Of a DNA stretch of 64,000 nt, positions 24,841 to 36,914 are shown one piece after another. The notes under the pieces are model-generated. The model made no database searches. It saw only the letters and a program-made list of their open reading frames with translations, and was not told the DNA's origin. Numbering within the stretch: the stretch's first letter is position 1; each line of letters begins with the position of its first letter. Origin of the DNA: Lingula anatina (taxonomy: Eukaryota; Animalia; Brachiopoda); assembly GCA_051362555.1 (NCBI GenBank), contig CM120640.1, forward strand, positions 14,694,001 through 14,758,000, given 5' to 3'. The translations under genes were made by a program, and so were the position numbers.

Positions 24841-27800
24841 TCAATATTTCTCATCTTGATACTCCCAAAGGTCTTTTTCATAGCCTTCATGTACATGATC
24901 CAGGAGTACTTTACAGCGACTTTCACAATATCTGAAAATAAAGGGTAAATGATTCATAAAATTAGTTCTTGTTTGAACTTTGTTTTTTTTTCATATAAGT
25001 TTATTTCTTATTTGAATTTTTTTGTGATACTGTATCTTGTGAAAGTGAATGACCCCCCCCCCCCCCCCCAAGCATAATTATACGTTAGGACTTTTTGGAG
25101 TATTGCTTAAGTATACCACTCAGTATGAAAGGCGCCTCTAAGGATAATGGTAAACACATACCTGGTTTTATCCTGCACTTTCTGTTTAACATCAACAATT
25201 ATGTCTGACGTGATGTCTCTTTCTAGATATTCTGATAACTGTTCAGTTGCATTTTCAAGGTCTTTCTGATTGTCCTACATTAAAAAATTATATAACTATG
25301 AATACAGTTTCTTTCAACAGATTCAGAAGCAATGCTAACCTGCATTTTCCAGATGAGCCTTTATACTTTTATCATAGTAATAAAGTGCCCTTTTTACAGA
25401 ATACTCTGTCTACAAAAATTCTAATAACATTGTCTTTTTGAAGCCATTTGAAGTTTCAATGCCAGAAAAGTGACTGGTTTATCTTCAGAACTGTAACCTA
25501 TCAACAATGTAATAAACCTGTGATCATCCTACCTCAAATATGATGGACTGGTTATTTCTTTTCAAGTAAAAGGCAAACACATAGGTGAACATAAGAGTCT
25601 GTCGGCAGAGGCACAGAATATCCACAGCTTTCTTCAGGAACTGGACTTCAATCCACGACATATTGTGCTGTTGCATTTCTTCCATTTTCTGTCGGACCAT
25701 GCTGTATAGCTACAAGTAAAAGCACTTTCCCAATTACCTCCAGGTCCCATTTTGCATGTGCATGAATGCACGCTCGTGCGCACACACACACACACACACA
25801 CACAAAATGCAGGCTTCTGAGTAATGTGAAATGATGGAACTGCTGGTGTACAGAACAAAACAAGAAAATCATTATCCATGCACTATTTTAAGAAAGACAT
25901 TTTAGCCCAAATATTCTCTTAAACAGAAGACGGTATATATTATGTTTTGTGGTAGTCAAATAAAAACATGTGAATGCTACAACTAAATATGATACTGGGT
26001 GAAATAATGTCTTGTTTCTTTCTTTCTTTTACATAAGAAGCAAACTGCAAAGTATCATCTAATGGCAACATCATTTAATGATTGAGAAACAATTGGGCCA
26101 TTAACTAAGTCAACTTACCTTGTGCTCAAATTTTAAACTTTGCATGTGATTCATGTAGCGATTGCAATAAAAAAGATAACGTTGCAATGCAGATCGGGAT
26201 TTCTGAAATAAAAAATGAAATTAACAGAAGAGCACCCACGAGAACATAAATAATTATAAAAAAAAAAACAGCTTAACTTGAACAAACAAATTCTGATAAC
26301 ATTTTACTTAATGTAATACAGAGGAACATCATTTTGAACTCTAAAGAAATCTCTAACATTATTAAAAAAATAAAAAGAGAAAATTCTTATGAACAACTAC
26401 CTCTTGAGAATCTCTAGCCTTCTTTGCCTCATCTTCATCAAAACGATTACAGTTGTACCTGTGAAATAATTTGATGCCACCAATTATAAAAAAAATCTTA
26501 ATATGTGTTTAGATATACAAATATCTTAAAGAACTTCATAAAAGCAGTGAGCAACAATGATCAATAGTTAGCCTAATACTTAAAATGTTATACAAACCCA
26601 GTAGGTAACAACAGTGATAGCACTATTTTGCCATGTTAACACCAAGGATAGAGCATGTCTCAGTTTACAACGATATCCAGTGTGTTTTAAAATGATAGTA
26701 TTAACAATATCTGAGTAAGCTCTGGTGTTACCAGGATGTTCCATGTGGTTCCCAGGGTCCTAGGCAAACCCAGCAGAAGTCTGCTTTACAGCTTTGGTTC
26801 TTACACACCATATGATTGCAGCCTCCATCTTTCTCTATAGTTACATGGCACTTTGGACATTCCTACAGGAAAAAATATTTAATAAATTTTACAGCATGAA
26901 TATAACTAATTAACATGATGATATTGTGTAAGAAGTTATCATCCAATCTATCACTGATTTAATTGAAAAAAAATATATTTTAGGAAACTAATGGTTAAAA
27001 TAATTTCTTGTTAGAGTGATTTAAGAAAACTGTACCGTTTCCTCGTAGTTTTAATTCATATATTAGTAAATGGTGTTTGTAGATTTACAGCTAAACTGGC
27101 CTAGTGGGAAAACACCCTGATTACCAACCCAGCAGAACACTAGCTTGACATCTTAGTCTACCACTGCATGATGAACCTCACCTTTGTATTGGCAGCAATC
27201 CAGTTGGATGTTTCACTGTCATCATCACATTTCTTGATCCATCTTCTCAGCCACTTACACTTAACTGGGTCATGCCACGTCTCTCCACAGGAGAAGCTGA
27301 ATAATACAATAAACACGGATAATCCTTCTAGTCATCGCATGCAGAAAACAAAGTCACAATATCAAGTCCCTCAAAAAATGACTAAAGATATTTACAATTC
27401 AATATCATGTAATAGCTGACAAGACACACTTATCAGGGAATGTCAATTAGACAACAGATGGCACAGAAGCCTCAATTTTCAGTGTTGTTTGATGATCATT
27501 GTAATTTTTACTGCATTACACAGCTGATGGAAATCTTTGACAGATTATGTGAAGAAAAAAGGTGTGTATGTAAACATAAACCAAGTAGTCCTTTTTTTCT
27601 TTTCTTTTTTTTTTTTTGGAGGGGGGAGGGGAGGGGGGTATGTTCACACAGCTGATAATATGAGAAGATGTCACAAACCAAAGGAGTTAGTTAACATGCA
27701 AAACCACTTATGGGTACAGATGATTTTTTTTAATTGCTTAAATATGAATAGAAGAACTCCATTCTGACTGAGATATATAAAACTGTAAAATGCTCTTATG

Positions 27801-28245
27801 CTGTCCACCAAGATCTAGGCAATCCAGACTTACCAGAAGGTATGACCACATTGGCAAGTGACTGGTCTTGCATCAGGATAGTTGACCTTGACCGCTCGGC
27901 CACAGTCCGGTGCTGGACACCATCTTAACTGTCGGTTACACTGGCAAAAAAAAAGAGAATCTGATAGTACTCTACACTGACAAATTTTGAATTTACTGAA
28001 GGGAAATTGTACCATTAACTAATTTGAGACATTTATGTGATTAAAAATCTTTCAACTTACTAATGCAGTTTCTGTGTAATATGAATACAAAATAAAAGGC
28101 ACTGCAGGAAAATAAATGGATGCAGCTTTCAAGAAATTAATTATGAGCTTACCTCAACAAAGCTGTTGGTAATGAGGTGTTGGTATTTTAATCTTACTTT
28201 GGAATCTTTGACTAATGACCTGTGAAAATCAAAGGGAAAAATCAG

Positions 28246-28285
<40 letters not shown>

Positions 28286-30653
28286 TATAATAATAATAAT
28301 TATAAATCTATACAAACAAAACCTAACCCTAAAACTTAACATGAATAAGTAATTCTCAGATATGAAACTTATTAAGTTGTAAACAAAAGTTGCCATGACA
28401 GTTATTATGGCCAAAGCAAATGATATTTTTTGTCTGAAGATCGATATATTTTTCAAAAATCAATTCAAATGTACCTGAAACTTCTAATATAACTTACATT
28501 ACAGTGGCATCATCTACTAATATATCACATCCATGAGCAGCGCATGATATTGTCTAAAAGAAAGAAAAGATACTTTTAAAATATGTTGAAGTGTGGACAT
28601 TTTTCATATATATTTGGGAAGGTTATAACATAGTTTTGGTGAAAAAAATACAATGCAAAGAAAGTGTGTTGGTGTTTTGGACCCAATTCTCACCTGTCCC
28701 ATGCCCTCATCTATGATCTTAGTGGTAAGATATTCTGTCCAGCAAGCAGTACAAAAACGATGTCCACACTCTAAGCCTGTCATCATCTGGAAAAAAAATG
28801 CAGCATAATTACAATTGTAACAGCACATCCGATAATTGGAGCAGTGAAAATTCTTAAACTACTTAGATTGTTTGTTGTCATTTTTAATTCCATTGAAATA
28901 AAATTCATCAAAGCAATAGTTCATGGAGGTCTAGCATTAAAGTGTAAATTACTAGATGTGCTATCATCTCTATGAAAATATCAAAATCAGACTCCATACA
29001 TATATACAATTATATAACTTATATTTGATATTTTGTGAACTGTTTTGAGAACGTCACCAGGCAGTCTACTAACCCCCTGCGGATATGTCAGGGTGCAGAT
29101 CTCACACTCTATATTCTCAGCAGACGCTGCAGCTGCCGCCGCTGATCTGGTATTTTTCTACGAAAATGTAAGCACAAAATTAATAGCTTATGTATAAAGG
29201 ATACATAAAGGTAACCACAGAAAAGCAAAAGACATACACGATACAATACAATACAATAAAAACAATGTTTATTTATTTAATACTTGGACTCAAGTTTGTA
29301 TTATTATTAGTATTTTTTTCTTTTGCCAAACTGTTTCAAATCCCAACAAAACACCTGCAGATGTATAGCATGTATAAATTTTATAAACCTTCTGACTGCC
29401 ATTGTCACAACAATAAATGATCTCAATGTAGCTTGAATGTGTCATCACAGAGTGCAGCACAAACACTGTAAACATTCATTGTAAATTGATATTCATTCTC
29501 ATTCTTACCCTGCTACTAGAGGAGGGTTTAAAAGAAGCAGACATTTTTCTGCCTGGACTAACAACATGTGCTTCCGAAAATAACTGATCCTGGTCTCCAT
29601 CATAATATCTAAAATAAATGAGAAATAATACATGACCATATTGAAACAGTATACATGAAATACACACACACAGCCCTGTACTTCTTCCATTTTTATTTTA
29701 CTTACTGAAAGGCTATTAATTATAAACACAACCTGCTGTTCTTATATGTTCAATACAATAACTAAAAATCAAAATTGAGATTTTAACTAACCTTTCCATC
29801 AACTTTTCCTTGTCCCAACGAAAATGAGATAATAAAATTCTAGTTGTTGTGGCTGGTAGCTAAAATAGAATGTTTACACAAATTAAATAAAATATGAATA
29901 TCCAAATTAATTTAATTTAATTATATTTTAATATATACCTCAAGTAAGGTCCTATCAATCTAAATGTATATGAATTTGCATCTTTTGAAACACTACCATA
30001 AACTTATTTAATATGTTAAAAAGATACATCATTCTTATTAAACACTTTCTCTACAAAAATCTTAAATCATACTGAACATGATGATGGCACTCTCTTTAAA
30101 ATGTAGTGCATTATACACCTGTTACTTCCATTTTAACACAAACAGTCTGTATATTTTTAACTTTGCTTCATCGTTTCACTTAAAAACCTTGCAAGACAAT
30201 CTCTACATTAAAATCTGACAAAAAGAATACTAGCACAGAGCAGATTGTAAATACATTTGGGTAAGTTATTATTTAAGTACTTTAATGTCTGCTACCTTTT
30301 CAGTTTCAGTGTCAATGCTTGGTTAGTGATGCAAGTTTCTATTTTTGGCATGTATTTTGTAGGTCATATACCAAGTTTATGGTAACTTGTTTTGGCCATT
30401 TAAGTCATCAATAACATAACTACGAATATCATAATACCTGCACAACAGTGTTGACTTCTTTAATACAGTCTACCATGTGCTGTACAATTAACTCAGGACT
30501 GAGCACTTCGTATGAAAAATCGTCAATGGTTGTTTCCTGAGATGCAGAACCTTGCTCTGATTCAATGCCCATATCAACAAAATCATCATCCTCATTGTCG
30601 GAACTTCCATGGTCTGATTCTTCATCGTACAGCATATCTTCTTCTGAATCCAT
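24841..30653 (-). CDS. ARIH1: E3 ubiquitin-protein ligase ariadne-1 (RBR family), 519 aa
   Basis: Fifteen exons: 30653-30438, 29859-29792, 29608-29509, 29157-29074, 28786-28694, 28553-28498, 28219-28153, 27940-27834, 27296-27182, 26862-26732, 26458-26401, 26202-26119, 25709-25533, 25274-25162, 24931-24841, totalling 1560 nt. Acidic N-terminus; UBA-like [14 protein letters not shown]; RING1 CEIC..CGHRFC..CW; [18 protein letters not shown]; [14 protein letters not shown]; RING2 [16 protein letters not shown]; Ariadne domain [12 protein letters not shown]. Confidence 0.97.
25781..25804. repeat. (CA)n microsatellite
   Basis: Read directly in an ARIH1 intron. Confidence 0.9.
28249..28300. repeat. 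(TAA)n microsatellite
   Basis: Read directly in an ARIH1 intron; it explains the poly-Ile spurious ORF. Confidence 0.92.
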
Positions 30654-30754
30654 TTTGGAGTTAGTATGTCACAGAAAACAGAAGAATTCCACAATTTTTA
30701 AGTTTCTCTTCTTCCTTCAGAAACTTCTGTCTATCTTGCCTCGATTTCATCTTC

Positions 30755-30945
30755 GGGTAACTTCCGAAAGTGACGTAGTTGTCTGGAGAGTCATTCTAGA
30801 TGGAGAACCTCCAATCCCGACGTGATTCAAATCAATGCACGGTCAAATGACACTGAAAAATAAACGAGGAGTCCCTTTGATTTTCAATTAAATCGAGAAA
30901 TCAGTTAGAATTACAATAAAATATTTTTACGAAGATGACGTCACA
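30755..30945 (-). promoter_or_regulatory. Putative ARIH1 proximal promoter (ETS-like site and CRE sites)
   Basis: ACTTCCG (CGGAAGT on minus) at ~30760, adjacent TGACGT at ~30771, and a full CRE palindrome TGACGTCA at 30937-30944. These lie 100-290 bp upstream of the ATG. Confidence 0.5.
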
Positions 30946-33900
30946 ATAATAATTTTTAAACCTTCATTCATAAAAGAATGAGTAGATGTCGCTCTACTCG
31001 CCCAGAAAAGCCACCCTAAAATTCTGAAAATTGTTCGAATGATCAACTTTATTTATAACGAACTTAGTCATGAAAATATTATAAAAAATGTCAGAATTTA
31101 TTAAACTGTTTTAAGAAGCGAACCGTCTCTAAATAGACTAAACAACTTTTCTAGCATTCAACGTAAAAAAAGAGAGAAAGAAGTCTTATTTCCCGGATTT
31201 CTAAAGTAGCCTTACTGCAGTTTGTACAGTATATGAGCATGTGTATGCGCTCATAGACAAATATTTTATAATCACCGATTTTTTAACAAAATATAATTCA
31301 CTTATTTTAATATATCTTAATTTTATTATTATTTCTTTTATCTTGTGCATGTAGCTAAGGGACACAAGATCTAGGATGGGGCCGTTGTTGGAAAAGTTGT
31401 AAAAAGGCACTAGTATAACAACAAGACGTAAATCTAAAGGAGGTGGAGCTACAAGTGGTGGGGTGCCTTTGCAGTAGACCTTTTGGCTCTATTCCCAGAG
31501 CTTTTAGATCGATCTATCCCCGCGGGAGTCTCACTAGATTACTGTCATATAATACGGCTTAAATGTCCGTCCCGCCTACTACAAGCTGTAAGGGGGTAAT
31601 TAACTATGGTGCCCGCTCGGCTGACTGCAATTTAGCGTGAACCTCCAGGGAGTTAGGTCGATCTAATGTAGATCGACCTAATCTCTGGAAATGGGGTCTT
31701 TAAGGCATAATCAGATAACAGTTTAATATAACATGGAATTTAGTGCTGACCAAAAAACAATTTCAGATTAACATTAAGTAATCGATTTTTTTCCATAGCT
31801 TTGATAAATCAAAACACAATCCATTACTTTATCTCTATTGAAATTTACTTTAGAAGTTTTAAACAATCAATCAAATTTTTAAGCACGACACAAATTATTG
31901 TTTAATAAGTAGCTTAATAAGTTAATCTCAAAACTCATTTAATTTCGATATAATATGATTTTAATTATCTCAACAGAGTTTTCCGTCTGGCCGAGGATGG
32001 AAAAAAAAAATATATAACATGAACTTAGAGCGAGAAATAAGGCATTTCGAAAAATCTTACCGTGATTAGTTTGCGAACGATGTAGGCATATTATTTATTC
32101 CGGTCTGTGCTCGATCTTTTGTGTTTGACGGTGTGTGGGTGCATATGCTTGTGCATGAAGCATGCTATGCATGTATGCGTATGTGTCTACTGGGGCATTG
32201 TGTTTCGATAGGTATATGTGGGAAAAAAATTAAGGTGTCCTATGAACCAGTTCACCAAATCTGCTTGGCAATTTAACCACGATGTGCCCAGAAAAACCTT
32301 TGGGCTGAACTACAAGCTTAAGGAAAGAAACTAAAAAGAAGGATTCTACTTAACACACGTAGCACAGTCTGGGAACTAGTAGAACAGGATGAACAAGAGA
32401 CACGGTTGCTCATTCCTTTGATTAGTTTAGTCTAGGTTAAAACAACCGACTTTTCGACCTATCCACATGTTGAAATCGTAAGTAAAAAGGTGAAGCTTGA
32501 TCATTTCTTTATTATTATTATTATCAATGTGATTCATTTTTACCTAAGGGGCTCGATGATTTAGTTACATACGCAGTATAGGAACCAAAAATAGGACCCA
32601 TAGGATATTGAAAATATCTAATTATATTTCAATTATATACCAATACATCATTTCATGGTACTAAATTTTATGTCACCAGTTTCATTTGCATTTGACCTAG
32701 TGTGTTTATCGAACAGGGCATCTGGAAAAAAAACACAGTTGAATATGGCTAGCGCTGGTCAAACGCTTAGGCCCCTACTAGTAAGAGTTCGCAATTTCGC
32801 ATTAATGATTCCTTGAAGCCAAGTTCAGTAATGTCAAAATTATAGCCCTGTCTTCCATATAAAAACGCTTAAAGCTAAGGAATATGTATTAATTAGTCTT
32901 GATCTCAGTGCTGAAAATTGCCACTCTTAACCAGTTAACATTCTACGCCCTCACTAATCACATTGAACCGGCTTACGGGAGGACATCCAAACAAACTTTT
33001 CCAGTTTTTTCAGACGGGCAAAAATAGCTTTGGGAGTTGCGTCTGATCAGTTTTCACACTCTTCTTTTGTTGTTTTTATCCTTTAGAGGTGGGAAGCAGA
33101 TAGCTGCCTATCAGAACAATGATGGAGCATGCATTTCACTGGCCATCAGCTTTTATGGATTTACTCTGGACTCGTTAACTCTAGGTAAGCAAAAACTAAA
33201 GTTATATACATACATTCTGATAAAGGGAAATGACGTAAACATGTTGGGCAATATCAGTCTTGATGAAATGCTGAAATAATGACACAATCAAAGGTCAAAT
33301 TCGCGAAGAGTATGAACGGTATGTTTGGCACTGTGCGTTCGCACACTCGCTGCTATTGTACGGGTGTTTTTGTGTCACACCTATACCGTTCTTTTTTGTT
33401 TTTTCACACCGTTCGTAAGCATAAAGATTGTTTACGGCCTGCCTCGAGGAATCAGTGCACTCGTTAAATAGATATAGGCTATGTAAGGTTAACATTTCAC
33501 GCCCAGCATACGGCACTGTAAATTTCCCTGTCCATCACTGTCGATGAAAGCTGTTTTATATCATTCTTTAAGTATGCTACAAAGTGCATGTCTCTCGTTA
33601 AAGTGCACGTTAAACATGCAAACTCGCTTTAAGCAAATTTCCATGCACTCGTTGAATAAATAAGTAATTTGTAATGTTAGGTTAGATACCAAGTATTCAC
33701 GTTTTTCTTGTGCTCAGACCTTGACAAAATTGATTATTGTACTCGTAAACTCGGTCTTACCGCATCTCGTTTCCAAGTTCACATTTTAATATTAAAATAT
33801 CTTAATGAAATAAACTACCACGTGGCATCCCCTGTCAGATGTTTTATCTAGACGAGCCCATTCACTTCTTAAAGTGAATTCATCAATAAACACACACTTC

Positions 33901-36900
33901 TTTTTATTGCTGCCGTGTCAGACTACGTTGTAACAGGCAATCTGATAGGAATAAATGGACTCTACAGACAGGGTGGCCTCGCGAACAAAGTTTTACCTTT
34001 GTATATAAATGTTATTTCAGTCAAATTGTTTTTTATTTTTAAGCAATATTTGCTACTATTAGCAGAGCCTTTTCTTGGAATTTCTTAGAACGACGTAGAA
34101 AGTCTACATGCAGCTGCTTTTCGAGGATCGACCCTTTACATCTTCATTATTTTCTCAAAAAAAAAAAAAATCTAAGCTGTTTTTTACCTGTTGTCAGAGA
34201 GGCTAAACATACCGTCAGGTTAATCGAAATGTACGAAAGGGGATGGGTACATGCGAAGAGTGTTGTACCTCAATTCTGACATGTCATAAAACACGTACAG
34301 GCAAATTTGCTCCACTTGCACATAAACGTAGTTATGGGTTAGTGGTGTACGTTGAGCATAGGTAAAATTCCTGTGCGATGTATTGTTTTGCATTTTGTGA
34401 TAAGAAATAAGGAATATGCAGATCAGGCAATCAATAGCAATCACTGAAAAAAACGGAGATTATTTTCGTCTTGTAGAGGTACGAACACAGACTAAAAGAG
34501 GTTTTCATTAGAAGCGTGCTCATGTCAAAATCTCAGCGACAGCGTATCTATCATTAAGAACAGAAGAACTTAGAAGCCTCGAGAAAGGAGGTCGACATAT
34601 TCCGCGTCGGGATCAGAGACTGCTCAACTTTAGTTCTCAGATTGATGGCATCCTTTGACATTTTGCCTTGATAACCCATCACGGAGTGCTGCTAAGAAAC
34701 GGAGATTACACGCGATTAACAAAAATCAGTCAGTGCAAAAGAATTTGGATTGTTGTCCGCCGGCAGGCGCATGTGCAATCAGCAAGCTTGCGGCGCTGTT
34801 TTTCTTAGAGATATGTAATCCGCGGGTTGTTATCTAAGCTTTAAATTGAGAAAGCTCATCTTTTCGAGAGGCAGAACGAATTCACCAGCGTCTAAAGAAC
34901 TGTGTAGAGTGTTTAGGAAGTGGCTGCGAAGGAAATACAATGGTAAGGAGACTGGGCCAATCGATCATGGTTTCTATGGATCTATTGTCGGTGGTGAAAT
35001 ATACTCAGCGTCCCACTGGGCAGAGAAAGTGGCATAGTGATGATAATTTCAGGTGCAAGGCAGTGGTAAATTTCCACCGACTGTCTTCCGTTTCTCATGA
35101 AAACGTATTACATCCGTATTAGGCTGCATATCTACATATAAAAGTGTATTTTTTCTCTAGAGATACGACACGGCGCGTACGCATATGTAGGTGCAAGCCT
35201 CTCCGCCCTTCTCAGGACAGCAACAGCTGTCTTTCCCTAATCACGTTAAATTCCATTCTTTTCGACAAAAGAACGAAAGGTGGATCCAGATAATACATGC
35301 ATATTTTGCTTTTCTAGGCAGAGAACCATGGAGGAAAATCACAAGCAAAGCGACCGACAGGTTAGTGATTTTTATAAAATAGCATGAAAAAAAACGAAAA
35401 AAGAAAGTATTGTTACATTTTTGTTCTTATTATCTTTTGCAACCTGGGTAGATTTGATTTTTTAACGTAAAAATGCATTAACGAAAGGTATTTGATACAC
35501 ATAATTTTTTGTTTATGTTAACATGTAGTTTCAGCACTGTGACATGTATTCTCAGTAGCTGAGTGTCAAAGTATGACAGTTTTGACATGTCGTGAAGTGT
35601 CTTTCATGTTGCACAAGATTAAGATTAGAATATGAATTTGACTGTAATAAGACGCATATGCTGTATCTACAATTTACAATTACAAAGAGAGGGGAGAGAG
35701 AGAACATGTGGTTTTATGAGTTCTAGAATAGATGACAGAAATGCAAATTTGTTGAATGAGGCAATGCGTTATTCTAGGCACTTCCAAATAAGGTAAGCCC
35801 AAATTAGGCAATCGCACATGGTGTGCGCAGATTACGCTATCTCCTCTCTTTTTGCCACAGGACTATTAAATTGCTCCTAACACTGTGGAGGCTGATTAGA
35901 TAGTAACAACTTGCCCTTTGAATTAAAAGACGAACCTTTCCGAGTGCGGGTTGCCTTTTTTTCTGCTTGTAAAAATACTTCGAAGACATCACCTTTATTT
36001 CCTTCCGTCTCTTTGAACAGAATGACGGTGAGCTCAGTAGACAAGAGTTTACGTATTTCCTGGCGGTGATATATTGCAAAGGATGTAGCTCGCTTCCATA
36101 ACGTAAACTCAGTATTTCGAAAATGATCTTATTCAGTGCTCTTGCAGTAGCAAACTGAAGTGGAAACGGGCTTATATAATTTTGTTTTAGATTTACTACT
36201 TTCTTTGCTTGGTAGACTGAAAAAAATATTTATTTTAAAACTCATTTCCTTAATCCTTTATTCCATGTAAAAGTCATTTCTTGTTGTGCTAATTTAATTT
36301 GATTCCATTTCTCATTCTTTTCATTCTCGAATTTTCTAACCTTAATTTCACTATCACTGGCCAAACATTTCATATAATGAAAAGCTATTGTACCGAAACA
36401 TTTCAAAAATTGTTAAAATGAAAAAGTATTGCTCGCACTGTCAACGTTTTACCACGTTTTTTGTGTTGGTGAAGATCAGCGAGCCAAGGCAACTTATCAC
36501 TTTCACTACTGAAACGTACATTTGGTACCCTTCGGCTTTCTCAGTTTTGGTTTTATCACCTGAAACTTTCAAACTAGGCACTTGGTGGAAACTTACACTG
36601 GGATGATTGAAATTTGAATATGTCTGCTTATCTCTCTTGTTGTGCTTAAATCTCATTTTGTGTGAGTATGCCATCTTAAACGTATGTAACCGCCCTAACT
36701 CCCCACGGTGTTTTTTTTTCTGGTTTTGGTAGGGCCCCTAATATCATTGATCACACGGGCTGTGGGGTCGATTACCCTCTGTGGAGTTTGAGGTTTCGTA
36801 CACTCATACACAAGCACAGAGACAGCGAATTAAATGTCAGAAAGTTTAATAAGTTGGATGGTAATTATATGATAGAGATAATTATGAGTGTGTATTTTTT

Positions 36901-36914
36901 TATTTGCTTTCTAG

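Noticed and set aside
33086-33184. Exon-like segment (AG...GTAAGC) upstream of the large disordered-protein gene
   Set aside because: It could be a 5' UTR exon, but it could not be joined in frame with confidence, so it was left unannotated.
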